64,000 nucleotides of DNA, taken from positions 1-64,000 of IMG/VR virus record IMGVR_UViG_3300028898_000109. One strand, written 5' to 3'. Each line of letters starts with the position of its first letter. Within the stretch, counting starts at the first letter, position 1. Shown piece by piece: positions 7,753-16,767 of this stretch. A model generated the notes under the pieces. That model searched no databases. It saw only the letters and a list, made by a program, of their open reading frames with translations, and was not told the origin of the DNA. The position numbers and the translations under genes were made by a program. This DNA is from a virus.

Positions 7753-8481
7753 ATGGAACAAGTAATTAGAAATGCATTAGAAGTGTTAGCCACGCAATTA
7801 ACTGAGGATACGAAAAAGACCTTCATGTTTAATTTAGTAACTCCGTCTAAGGACAGTATTAGCAAGATAGACACTAGTACTCTTGTTTCTCATGTGTTTT
7901 TTGGAATACACATTGACAAGTTCTCTCTAAACGCAGAAGATGAAATTTCCAAAGCGTATGCTAGTGGCTTAAATGATGTATTTAACTGGGATAAAGTATT
8001 ACTAGAAAATTTAAGATCTTCAGCTTCTCAAACCATAATGCACTCCAGTAGGATCACGCCTTCTCTTTTCATGAAGGCTATTACAACCTTTTCTTCTAAG
8101 TCGCTAAAACCTTGTACAGCTTTACTACCTATTAGTGTCTGGAATGATATATGCGCTAATCCAGAATTTGAGAGTTTAATAAACTCTGACAAAAATTTCA
8201 AAGTACCTGAAAATGGTATTGAGAATTGCTTTGTTGGCTCCCTATTTGGTTTGGCTTTGTACACTGACGGTTATAGAAATAAAGAACATAAGTGTTTAAA
8301 ACCGGATGAAATTATTTTCTTGGCAGAGCCTTCCGCACTAGGCTACCTAAGTTATGACACGGAGAAGGACCATGTAAATAAATCACTTGATGATGGATGC
8401 GAGTTTAAATCCTTTTGTATATTTACCACTTCTTTGCTAACACTAAACTCTAATGCTATCTTGCGAGTTATCCTTGTCTAA
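7753..8481 (+). CDS. divergent, N-terminally shorter paralog of the major capsid protein (candidate vertex or minor capsid protein)
   Basis: LLPISVWNDICANPEF / FGLALYTDGYRNKEHKCLKPDEIIFLAEPSALGYL aligns by eye with LISLDIWNNIVADAEW / LGVNIVTDGYRDQHLKVLERGEVYMLAQPAELGGM of 15569..16684; GAGGAG RBS. Confidence 0.55.
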   Translation: MEQVIRNALEVLATQLTEDTKKTFMFNLVTPSKDSISKIDTSTLVSHVFFGIHIDKFSLNAEDEISKAYASGLNDVFNWDKVLLENLRSSASQTIMHSSRITPSLFMKAITTFSSKSLKPCTALLPISVWNDICANPEFESLINSDKNFKVPENGIENCFVGSLFGLALYTDGYRNKEHKCLKPDEIIFLAEPSALGYLSYDTEKDHVNKSLDDGCEFKSFCIFTTSLLTLNSNAILRVILV

Positions 8482-8785
8482 TAAATTTTTCTTAGGTTAC
8501 GATCTCGGAGTCATTAAAGACCCTTATGACTTATCTCTAAAGCTTGAGGAAATAAGCAAGGAGTTGAATGTACTAGGAGCTAAAATAATACTATTTCCTT
8601 ACCTAAATAGCCCTCACTCTGTAGTTAGGGAGGGAGCTATATTAGGTCTACAAATGCACATAGAAGATGATAAATCAGGAGCTATTCTAAAAAAGTTTGA
8701 GGAGTTAGCAAATTCAGACAGTAGTGAAGTAATAAAAGGAATTTGTAAAGAAATATTAAGTTACACGGTGGTGCCGAAAGGTTGA
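8453..8785 (+). CDS. HEAT-like repeat protein
   Basis: SPHSVVREGAILGL and SDSSEVIKGICKEIL look like two HEAT / PBS-lyase-type repeats; start uncertain (29-nt overlap upstream). Confidence 0.4.
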   Translation: MLSCELSLSNKFFLGYDLGVIKDPYDLSLKLEEISKELNVLGAKIILFPYLNSPHSVVREGAILGLQMHIEDDKSGAILKKFEELANSDSSEVIKGICKEILSYTVVPKG

Positions 8786-8919
8786 AATTATTTTTGAGGA
8801 TATACTAGTGGGCTAGTTACCTGGATGCGGTGAGTAATTAACATCGTTGAATGTGAAATCAAAAATGAAAGGTGGTTTAAATCCACCGCCACTGCCATTT
8901 TATTGATAAGGGTGATTAT

Positions 8920-9123
8920 ATGACTGATAAAAAAGATTTTTCCGCATTAGACCAATTCATAGGTATGAGTATGCTAGAACTTCAAATGGAGTTTGTTAAG
9001 CGTACTGCGATTAAATGCAGCGGTAACATGAGCAAGACTGCAAGAACATTACGAGTAACAGATCGTACTCTTCGTAATTACAAAAACAAAGGTCTTCTTA
9101 CTCTTGAACCAGGTAAAAATTAA
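8920..9123 (+). CDS. Fis-type (HTH_8) DNA-binding protein
   Basis: SGNMSKTARTLRVTDRTLRNYKNKG is a typical Fis/NtrC C-terminal HTH. Confidence 0.55.
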   Translation: MTDKKDFSALDQFIGMSMLELQMEFVKRTAIKCSGNMSKTARTLRVTDRTLRNYKNKGLLTLEPGKN

Positions 9124-9127
9124 TTTC

Positions 9128-9352
9128 ATGCGCTCCCTAACTTTCACAACTAAATATTTGACAGTTGGCGATATTAAGAAGTCTTTGCAAAACTTACCTG
9201 ATAGTGCATTTGTTTGCATCGCAAGGGAACAAGAATCCCTATGCGCTCATGCTCACTCTGTATCTATTGACAGAGTAGTAACTCCTGACGCAAATGATTT
9301 TGAGGAGTCCCTGGTGATTTCAGTAAATGACTCCGTGTCAGTGTGGAAATAA
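9128..9352 (+). CDS. hypothetical protein
   Basis: ORF-track frame 9104..9352 trimmed to the first ATG. Confidence 0.45.
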   Translation: MRSLTFTTKYLTVGDIKKSLQNLPDSAFVCIAREQESLCAHAHSVSIDRVVTPDANDFEESLVISVNDSVSVWK

Positions 9353-9378
9353 TTTATCATATATTAGGAAGAAGTATT

Positions 9379-9885
9379 ATGGCTAGTAGGACTCATAAAG
9401 AAAAATTAAGAGAAGATCTTAAAAACGCTAAAGACAAAAGTAAAAAACTTAAAGACGCTGTTATTGAGTTAACAAACCAAAGAAAGAAATTTAAGAACAA
9501 CTTTAGGGGACCTTTTTTAGCGGTATTGAACAAAAGGCTTAGTGCCTGTCAGGACAATCTTTGTAGAGTCAACCGCGATATAGCGAAAATAAAAGATGCT
9601 ATTTCTTTTGAGATACTGAGTGATAAAATTAAATTGGTTAATGATGAGAACTCTTGCCATGCCACCTTTTCTAGTAGATCTCAGGCTCTTGATTTCGAGA
9701 GTCTAGTCTATAGCGTACACGGTAAAAATTTCCAAGTTATTTGGGAAACTGCCGGAACTTACCGCGCCGTACATTTAGACGGAAAGTGGTATTTTGTATT
9801 ATCTCCTAACACTTATACTTACGAGGTGTTATTAAGCAATGGACCTACAAAAGCTAAAAAGAAAGACTCAAAAGTTGGCAAGTAA
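9379..9885 (+). CDS. hypothetical protein with basic coiled-coil N-terminus
   Basis: frame 9343..9885 trimmed to the ATG preceded by AGGAAG. Confidence 0.5.
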   Translation: MASRTHKEKLREDLKNAKDKSKKLKDAVIELTNQRKKFKNNFRGPFLAVLNKRLSACQDNLCRVNRDIAKIKDAISFEILSDKIKLVNDENSCHATFSSRSQALDFESLVYSVHGKNFQVIWETAGTYRAVHLDGKWYFVLSPNTYTYEVLLSNGPTKAKKKDSKVGK

Positions 9886-10168
9886 AGTACCTAAGCAACA
9901 ATTGCTACACAGTGATCCTGTGCTACTTGATGCGACAAAGTATAAGCATTTTTCTCTACCCGGTACTGGTAGTTTAGCCAAACAGGGAAATGCCAATTTT
10001 AAAACTATTAGACACGCTATACTATTGTGTACCCTGCTGAAAAGAGAAGTTTTAAATGCTTCTTTTGAATTGCAGTGGTCTGGAAAAGGTAAGTACCTGT
10101 TTATACCAGAGAATGATGGGTACAGAGATAATAAACCACATTATCAAGTCACTGTTAAAAAACAGTAG
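9839..10168 (+). CDS. hypothetical protein (start uncertain)
   Basis: 109-codon ORF, 47-nt overlap with upstream gene; begins MDLQKLKRK, only a weak echo of the shared tag. Confidence 0.35.
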   Translation: MDLQKLKRKTQKLASKVPKQQLLHSDPVLLDATKYKHFSLPGTGSLAKQGNANFKTIRHAILLCTLLKREVLNASFELQWSGKGKYLFIPENDGYRDNKPHYQVTVKKQ

Positions 10169-10176
10169 GAATCTTT

Positions 10177-10356
10177 ATGTTCATTATTTTTACTTTGGTA
10201 TTGGTAGTAACATTATTATTTTTTATAAGCAAACTGGATTCTTTTTCATTTAGTTTACCCGGTGATTCTGCACCTGACATTCTGCTTTTCTTCTCCTTTA
10301 TTATGATTGCCCTTATTATAAATTTTGGGTCATCCATACCTATCATACCAAATTAA
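10177..10356 (+). CDS. small two-transmembrane protein (59 aa, below ORF-track cutoff)
   Basis: hand translation MFIIFTLVLVVTLLFFISKLDSFSFSLPGDSAPDILLFFSFIMIALIINFGSSIPIIPN; AGGA upstream; fills an otherwise empty gap. Confidence 0.4.
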   Translation: MFIIFTLVLVVTLLFFISKLDSFSFSLPGDSAPDILLFFSFIMIALIINFGSSIPIIPN

Positions 10357-10371
10357 TACGAAGGATATTAC

Positions 10372-11160
10372 ATGTCAAAAGTAAGATTACTTAGGGGTGA
10401 TTGCTTGAGTATGCTAAACAGAATACCAGATCACTCTGTTGACTTCATTTTGACTGACCCGCCCTATGGGACTACAGCGTGTAAGTGGGATACTGTAATA
10501 CCTTTTGGTCCAATGTGGGAGCAGATTTGGAGAGTCTTAAAACCTGAAGGTGTAGTCACGTTGTTTGGTAGTGAACCATTTAGCTCCCACTTAAGAATGA
10601 GCCAGATTAAGTACTTCAAGTATGACTGGGTCTGGGTAAAAAACGTACAAACAGGTATTTCCCTATCCAAATACCAACCTATGAGAAAGCACGAATTAAT
10701 TTCTATTTTTTATAGAAAATGTGGAATTTATTTTAAGCAGCCAAACGAAACTAAGTCTGCCATGGTCAGGAGCCATGCAAGGAAGGGATACAAGCAAAAA
10801 GGTGGTACTAACTCAGAGCATCACATAGCTTTAGATGTTAAAAAAATGCAAGGAAAAAAATTTAAAACAAGTATAAACCCAAATACTATCTTGGAGTTTA
10901 AAACTGTAAATAATCGCATAAAAAAGCACCCCACTCAAAAGCCGGTGCCTTTGCTTGAATACTTAATTAAGACTTACACCCTTGAAAATGAGACTGTGCT
11001 TGACTTTACAATGGGCAGTGGGTCAACAGGTGTTGCTTGTAAAAATTTAAACAGGAATTTTATAGGCATAGAGAAAGATAAAAAGTACTTTGAAATGGCA
11101 AAGACTCGAATAAAAGATACCAAAATTGTAAAAGCAATAGAATACACTCCTCTGTTTTAG
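10372..11160 (+). CDS. DNA N6-adenine / N4-cytosine methyltransferase (beta-class, PF01555-like)
   Basis: FILTDPPYG (motif IV) early and FTMGSGSTGVACKNLNRNFIGIEKD (motif I) late. Confidence 0.8.
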   Translation: MSKVRLLRGDCLSMLNRIPDHSVDFILTDPPYGTTACKWDTVIPFGPMWEQIWRVLKPEGVVTLFGSEPFSSHLRMSQIKYFKYDWVWVKNVQTGISLSKYQPMRKHELISIFYRKCGIYFKQPNETKSAMVRSHARKGYKQKGGTNSEHHIALDVKKMQGKKFKTSINPNTILEFKTVNNRIKKHPTQKPVPLLEYLIKTYTLENETVLDFTMGSGSTGVACKNLNRNFIGIEKDKKYFEMAKTRIKDTKIVKAIEYTPLF

Positions 11161-11175
11161 CTATAGGGATCTAAA

Positions 11176-11703
11176 ATGATTAAATTAAATTTAGGCTGCG
11201 GACCCGTCCACTTAGAGGGGTACACAAACATTGATGTTGTTGAGTCTGATAAGCCAGATATTGTATGTGATATTACTAAACTTCCTTTTGAAGACAACTA
11301 TGCAGATGAAATTCGCATGGATGCAGTGTTTGAGCATTTATGGAGACACCAACAAATACCTGCACTAACAGAATGGGCACGAGTTTTAAAACCCCAAGGA
11401 AAACTTGTAATAAACTGGATTCCAAATTTTCGAGCAATCGCACAAGCCTACTTAGCCGATGCTCCTGGCATAATCTACCCAAAATTTAATCTGAGTGAGG
11501 TGTTTCGCTATACTCATGGAGATTATCATAATTATTGGCAGTATAGAGGATTACATCAGGTACACAAAGATATTTTTGATATTCCTTCTTTACTATCCCT
11601 ACTTAGTAATGTACCAAATTTAAAAATTCATACTTTAGAGGAAGCTTATTATGGTAATGAGCCTCACCCTGTTAACATTAACTTGATTGCCGAAAAGAAT
11701 TAA
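11176..11703 (+). CDS. class I SAM-dependent methyltransferase (Methyltransf_11-like)
   Basis: LNLGCGPVHLEGYTNID, LPFEDNYADEI..DAVFEHL, RVLKPQGKLVI. Confidence 0.7.
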   Translation: MIKLNLGCGPVHLEGYTNIDVVESDKPDIVCDITKLPFEDNYADEIRMDAVFEHLWRHQQIPALTEWARVLKPQGKLVINWIPNFRAIAQAYLADAPGIIYPKFNLSEVFRYTHGDYHNYWQYRGLHQVHKDIFDIPSLLSLLSNVPNLKIHTLEEAYYGNEPHPVNINLIAEKN

Positions 11704-11750
11704 TCACCTTAGCGTACAATATTATCCCAACCGTTTACACACGAGGGACT

Positions 11751-11969
11751 ATGACACAAAAGGCTGAATTGAACACCTACCTAATAGTTTATACAGAACG
11801 AGAGTTTTATGTAAATGCCTCTTCCCCTGAGGTCGCTGAGTATCTTTTAAGCGGCCTTTTGTCTGTTTATAATTGCAAAAAATACATGAATCCAATTTTC
11901 AGTGTAGGTGACTTTGTCGAAATTAGGCAAGTACCCTTCACTGACTTAGATCCTTTGCAATATCCTTAA
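11751..11969 (+). CDS. hypothetical protein
   Basis: 72-codon ORF with GAGGGA RBS. Confidence 0.45.
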   Translation: MTQKAELNTYLIVYTEREFYVNASSPEVAEYLLSGLLSVYNCKKYMNPIFSVGDFVEIRQVPFTDLDPLQYP

Positions 11970-12160
11970 TTTTATAACACGCTGCATTATACTCTCAAAT
12001 AGCATGACGCTCTATGCAAAATATATATTATATATGCATTATTTTGCGTATTAGTTCGCTCGAAAGCTGACGGCGATACCGTGGAAGCGAAGAACAGCCT
12101 ATTGTTGAAAAGATTGGTTCGCTTCATTAATAGTATTAATTATTGCTAAGGACGTTTGTA

Positions 12161-14797
12161 ATGAGTGGTTATCAGTACATTGACCCCCGACTAAAACCTG
12201 CTGCGTACAGACCTGGCCATCCTTATGCTTACTACTTTGGTTATCCTCCTGACGGTGGAGCTAGTTATGCCTCATTGGAATGTTCGGCTTGCGCTAAGCC
12301 TAGCATGATTACCGCTGATGCATGTCATTGCCCTTACTGTGGATGTGACGCTAAAGAAGGCAAAAGAGTCACTCTAACTCCCGATGTAATTTACCAATCT
12401 TTGAAAAAATCTATTTACTCGACTCTCATTGAGCCTTGTAAAGATTGTGGCAAAGAAACAGTAAGTTCCCTCGATAACTTAGATGGCGTTGACCATGTTT
12501 ATTGTACTCACTGTGGTTCTGAAATGTCGGAATTACACTCAAGCCTAAAAGCAATGATAACCGAGGAGAAAAATTCAATGTCCGTAAAGGCCAAAAAACG
12601 AGAATCACTTAAAGACATTATCGCTCAGTTGAAAGCTAGTGCTGAGCCTGCTGATAAAGCATTGGCAGAAGAAATGGAAAAAGAGCTAGAAGATATTAAA
12701 GCTGAAGAAGACAAATTGCTCGAAGAGAAAAAAGAAGAGCAGGAAGCTGCTATGGCTAAAGAGCTTGAAGAAAAAGAACAAGCTAAGGCTAAAGCTAATG
12801 AAGCTTCTGAAAAACAAGAAGAAGCAGTTGCTAACGAAGACTTGGCGATTGATGACTTACTTGAAGAAGTTGAAGACGAACAAGAAGGTGAACCTGCTGA
12901 ATATGCTGACGAAGATTCAGCTATTAAAGCTGCCGCCATTCTTACCAAACATGGTATTAAAGCTACTATCCAATCTAAGGGTAAAAAATATATCGTTAAA
13001 GCTAACGAAGAAGTTAATGATGAAGAGGAAGAAGAAATCGACATCGTTGACGAAGCTACTGCAAAAGTATTGGCAGGTCACTTCACTTCAAAAGGTAGAA
13101 ACGTTCGCATTACTCGCGTTGAAAGCGGTTTCGTAGTTCGCGCTGAAAATGAAGACCTTGGTGTTAAAGAGCCTCTTAGCCAACCAGACGAATTGCCTTT
13201 AGCCCCACTTAAAACTGAAGACATTCTTGCTGAAAGCCAAGAAGGTATGGCTTATGAACAAGGCGTAACAGATCCTCGCAGTCAACCTGAGGAACTTCCT
13301 TTGGCACCTATTCCTACCGAAGAAATTCTTTCCCTAGCTCAAGCTAACAAGATTCTTGCCCTTTTGATTAAAGCTGGTAAAAAAGCTGAAATCAACCAAG
13401 TTAAAGGTGGATTTATTGTTAAGGCTGAGGCTCCTCTTGAAGAGAAAAAAGAAGAACCTAAGGCTGAGGAAGAAGTTAGTGAAAAAGTAATGTGTGAAGA
13501 AGATGCAGAAAAAGAAATCAAAGATATTCAGTCTAAAGGTTTAACCGCTTGTGTAACTCGCGTAGCAAAAGGTTTTATCGTTAAAGCTGAAGCTCCTTTA
13601 GAAGACGAAGAAAAAGAAGAGCCTAAGGCTGAAGAGGAAGAAGAAAAAATTCTTTCTGAGGAAGAAGCTGAAAAGGAAGTTAAAGATCTTCAAGAAAAAG
13701 GTTTAGCTGCTCAAGTTACTCGCGTAGTTAAAGGCTTTATTGTTAAAGCTGCTCAAGAGCAGGAAGACGAGTTAGAAGACGGTCAAAAGAATGAATCCGA
13801 AGAAAACTTAGAAAAGGAAGTTAAAGCGGAAAACGAAGAAACTCCTATGGACGAAAACTTAGAAGGTGTTGAATCTTCTGACGCTATCGAACCAGAAGAT
13901 AAAGACGACATCGTTGAAGATGCTGACGAAGTTTCTGATAAATTAGCTGGCGAACCTATTCAAGAAAGTGAAGCTTTGAAATACGAACCTCTAGCTAATC
14001 TTGACGACATTAAAGTTGAATCTGCTGAAGATGCTTTGATGATTTTCGACGATGGTAAAGAAGAAAACGAAGCTGAAAGTGAAGATGATTACTTAAAAGC
14101 TTCCTACATTTTCATGGCTAGAACTGCTAACGGTTTAGTTCCTGTTGCTAAAATCTCTGCTAGTAAGCAAGAAAAGCCACATGAATTGAAAAACTATTTC
14201 AGCACTGAAAAATTCCCAATGAACATCGTAGACGCTATGATTAAATGTGGCGTTAAAGAAGTTCTCACAGGCGTAAACGCTGAAATCTTTGTGAATGAAT
14301 TGACCGACAAAAACATGCAAGAAAAAATTAGTGCAAGTGTTAAGGATCAATTCGATAAGAAGTATGCTGAATTAGCTGCTACTTTGCGCAATGATTTTGC
14401 TGATAGAATCGCAATGGTTCTAGCTGGTATGAATAAAAACATAGTTAATAAAGATAAGCATTATTTAAAAGCAGCATTATACGAAGTTTTGGTTGCAGCT
14501 AAGGTTAAAAATCCTATAGACGTTATCGAAGCAGCCTTTGAAAAGGGCGCAGCTCCATTCTTCGCCGCAGTTCTGGAAAAAGCTACAGAATACCTTGATT
14601 CACCTGTTGAGACTTTGGCCGAGTTAAAAAAGGTGATTGGTGAGAGTGACATTATCCCTGTTGAAGAACCAGAAGAGCAAGAAGAAGAAGAGAAAGAAGC
14701 AAATGAAACTTACGCCTCTATGTTGGGCGGAAAATCAGTTGTTTCTCAAGAGTACTTAAATCGTAAAGAAGATTTCAGAAAAATCTTAAAAAAATAA
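12161..14797 (+). CDS. acidic repeat protein with two N-terminal zinc ribbons (candidate scaffold or head-assembly protein)
   Basis: CSAC..CHCPYCGC and CKDC..CTHCG; five copies of a module ending ..VTRV.KGFIVKAE separated by Glu/Lys linkers; lies directly upstream of capsid genes; track start 12143 trimmed to the ATG at 12161. Confidence 0.5.
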   Translation: MSGYQYIDPRLKPAAYRPGHPYAYYFGYPPDGGASYASLECSACAKPSMITADACHCPYCGCDAKEGKRVTLTPDVIYQSLKKSIYSTLIEPCKDCGKETVSSLDNLDGVDHVYCTHCGSEMSELHSSLKAMITEEKNSMSVKAKKRESLKDIIAQLKASAEPADKALAEEMEKELEDIKAEEDKLLEEKKEEQEAAMAKELEEKEQAKAKANEASEKQEEAVANEDLAIDDLLEEVEDEQEGEPAEYADEDSAIKAAAILTKHGIKATIQSKGKKYIVKANEEVNDEEEEEIDIVDEATAKVLAGHFTSKGRNVRITRVESGFVVRAENEDLGVKEPLSQPDELPLAPLKTEDILAESQEGMAYEQGVTDPRSQPEELPLAPIPTEEILSLAQANKILALLIKAGKKAEINQVKGGFIVKAEAPLEEKKEEPKAEEEVSEKVMCEEDAEKEIKDIQSKGLTACVTRVAKGFIVKAEAPLEDEEKEEPKAEEEEEKILSEEEAEKEVKDLQEKGLAAQVTRVVKGFIVKAAQEQEDELEDGQKNESEENLEKEVKAENEETPMDENLEGVESSDAIEPEDKDDIVEDADEVSDKLAGEPIQESEALKYEPLANLDDIKVESAEDALMIFDDGKEENEAESEDDYLKASYIFMARTANGLVPVAKISASKQEKPHELKNYFSTEKFPMNIVDAMIKCGVKEVLTGVNAEIFVNELTDKNMQEKISASVKDQFDKKYAELAATLRNDFADRIAMVLAGMNKNIVNKDKHYLKAALYEVLVAAKVKNPIDVIEAAFEKGAAPFFAAVLEKATEYLDSPVETLAELKKVIGESDIIPVEEPEEQEEEEKEANETYASMLGGKSVVSQEYLNRKEDFRKILKK

Positions 14798-14822
14798 TTA
14801 ATCAATTCAAGAGGAGATTAGA

Positions 14823-15509
14823 ATGTATAATCGTGAAAAAACCTATTCAGATTTCCCTCTTACTAAAGATGTGAAGGCAGCTACTTCCATCTCTCAAGAG
14901 GGTTTACTGTTAATTCAAGAGCTTGTTTCTGGTAAAGAAGTTGTACTTCCTGCTAGTGGCTTAGGTTCTGAAAAAATTGCTGGATTTTCTAGCATGACTT
15001 TTTTGACTCCTAGTCAAGAAGTTATCATTAAATCTTTCGTAGTTCCTGCAACTTCCCCTTACACCATTGATGTAGGCCAAACTGGTTTAGTTTCTGGTCA
15101 AGCTTTCATCCCTGGTTTGACTTTGGGTGTTGCTTCTAACGCAGGTGAATTTAGTTTCACTGGCGCAGGCGTATTTACCTTTAACGTAGCTCAAGCTGGT
15201 ACTACTGTTGAAATTCACTATAAACGTGATTTGACTGTAGCTGAAGCTAAGCAAAAATATTTCGAAGGTCATATCAACAACATTAACGCTTCTGCTGCGT
15301 TTAAACAAGTTGGTTTGTTGGCTGGTAAAGGTATTATCTATACTGACCAATACGATGTTTCTAAGGACTACTCAACTGGTACTTTGAAAACTCTTGCTGG
15401 CGGTTTGATTACCATTGGTGGATCTGGAACTGACTTGTCAGCTCTTATGAAAGTGATTGAAACTCCAAGTATCGGGCAGCCGTACCTCGGGTTGGAATTT
15501 AATATCTAG
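14823..15509 (+). CDS. capsid-associated protein (candidate decoration or minor head protein)
   Basis: 228-codon Gly/Thr/Ala-rich ORF between scaffold-like and major capsid genes; GAGGAG RBS; codon choice like the capsid gene. Confidence 0.4.
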   Translation: MYNREKTYSDFPLTKDVKAATSISQEGLLLIQELVSGKEVVLPASGLGSEKIAGFSSMTFLTPSQEVIIKSFVVPATSPYTIDVGQTGLVSGQAFIPGLTLGVASNAGEFSFTGAGVFTFNVAQAGTTVEIHYKRDLTVAEAKQKYFEGHINNINASAAFKQVGLLAGKGIIYTDQYDVSKDYSTGTLKTLAGGLITIGGSGTDLSALMKVIETPSIGQPYLGLEFNI

Positions 15510-15568
15510 TACTAGGTGTTGAAAAGTTGGTTTAAGAAACATTAATTAAAAATTCTCAGGAGACTATA

Positions 15569-16684
15569 ATGACTAATCCTTATTTAAAAAATGCCTCCAG
15601 GAAGTCTTTCGTACTTGCCTCTACTGGTGAGTCTGTAAAGAACGTAACTCGTCCTGGTTCAAAAGAAAAACTCATCGCTAGTAACGATGAAGTAAATGCT
15701 TACGATAAAAAAGATTTGCAAGCAGCAGTTCGTCTGTTGTCTGCAATGCGCCAATCAGGTGAAATCGTAGAAGAAAAAAAATCAAACTTGCCTGTACGCG
15801 CTCGTCTTGAAGCAGAAAAAAATCTTGTAATTGCTGGTCTTAACGATCGCCGACAAGGTTCTGATTTCATGGCTTTGGGTGAAGTACTTGCCGAAGAAAT
15901 TCGTACTGCCGGAGACCGTGACGGTTTCGCAGCTAATTTCTTAGCTAGCAAAAACCTAGGTGCAGGTGAAATCGCTCGTTGGCCTGTTAGCCAGAAACAA
16001 ACTTCTGGTATTCACGCCGTTTCTCCTACTTTCGTTGTTCCCTCTGTAATCCGTCAAGGTTATTTCTACCCTGATGAATTTTACGTTAACGTGAACATTC
16101 GTATTGAAGACAAAGAAATTGCTCAAAATCCTATGGATATTCTTGAGAAAAAATTCGGTGAAGGCCTTGAGCAATCAATGGTTATTGAAGACCGAGTTTT
16201 GCGTCAATCTATGATTGCATCTTCTGGCGTAGAAAATGATCCAATGTACTTTGGTATTTTCTCTCCTGCTGTAATGCAAGAAATGAAAACTAACATCAGT
16301 GAATGGGGTCTTTCTCCTTCTGCTATGTTGATTTCTTTGGACATCTGGAACAACATCGTTGCTGATGCTGAATGGCAAAACTTCTTTGACCAAGTAACTA
16401 AACACCAATTGATTTTGGATGGTTACCTAGGTTCAATCTTGGGCGTTAACATTGTAACTGACGGCTACCGTGACCAACATTTGAAAGTGTTGGAACGTGG
16501 CGAAGTTTACATGTTAGCTCAACCTGCTGAGTTGGGTGGTATGACTAAACGTGGTGAAGAAGTGGCTGAGCCTATTAAGGGATATTCTCAAGGTGAGCCT
16601 TGGCGTGGTTGGTTCTTGAGCCGTTTACGTTCTGTTCAAGTTATCAATACTCGCGGTGTAGTACGCGCTACTCGTAACGTATAA
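15569..16684 (+). CDS. major capsid protein (HK97-fold candidate)
   Basis: 371 aa; AGGAG RBS; GGT/GCT/CGT-biased codons suggesting high expression; follows scaffold-like gene; followed by a strong terminator; has a paralog at 7753..8481. Confidence 0.7.
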   Translation: MTNPYLKNASRKSFVLASTGESVKNVTRPGSKEKLIASNDEVNAYDKKDLQAAVRLLSAMRQSGEIVEEKKSNLPVRARLEAEKNLVIAGLNDRRQGSDFMALGEVLAEEIRTAGDRDGFAANFLASKNLGAGEIARWPVSQKQTSGIHAVSPTFVVPSVIRQGYFYPDEFYVNVNIRIEDKEIAQNPMDILEKKFGEGLEQSMVIEDRVLRQSMIASSGVENDPMYFGIFSPAVMQEMKTNISEWGLSPSAMLISLDIWNNIVADAEWQNFFDQVTKHQLILDGYLGSILGVNIVTDGYRDQHLKVLERGEVYMLAQPAELGGMTKRGEEVAEPIKGYSQGEPWRGWFLSRLRSVQVINTRGVVRATRNV

Positions 16685-16706
16685 GTGTAATTTAAGTACC
16701 TAGTCC

Positions 16707-16742
16707 GGGAGCTGGGTGGGGATGCTCACCCACTCCCTTTTT
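16707..16742 (+). terminator. rho-independent terminator after the capsid gene
   Basis: GGGAG-CT-GGGTG / loop GGGATGCT / CACCC-A-CTCCC followed by TTTTT. Confidence 0.7.
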
Positions 16743-16767
16743 ACTTTATTTATTGTAAAATAGCTTT

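Noticed and set aside
8871-8887. GGTGG-TTTAAAT-CCACC hairpin in the gap before the Fis-like gene
   Set aside because: It has a 5-bp stem with no adjacent T-tract, which is insufficient for a terminator or ncRNA call.
12625-13521. ORFs 12625..13044 (-), 12765..13136 (+) and 13339..13521 (-) inside the acidic repeat gene
   Set aside because: They are Ser/Leu- or Lys-rich shadow frames created by the GAA/AAG-rich low-complexity coding sequence of 12161..14797. They lack RBSs and conflict with a much longer, better-supported frame.
12900-13760. Resemblance of the repeated ..EEAEKE(I/V)KD(I/L)Q.KGL.A.VTRV.. module to the ribosomal protein L7/L12 C-terminal domain
   Set aside because: The resemblance rests only on a charged-helix plus Gly-Ala pattern. 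Such low-complexity similarity is not evidence of homology without a profile search.
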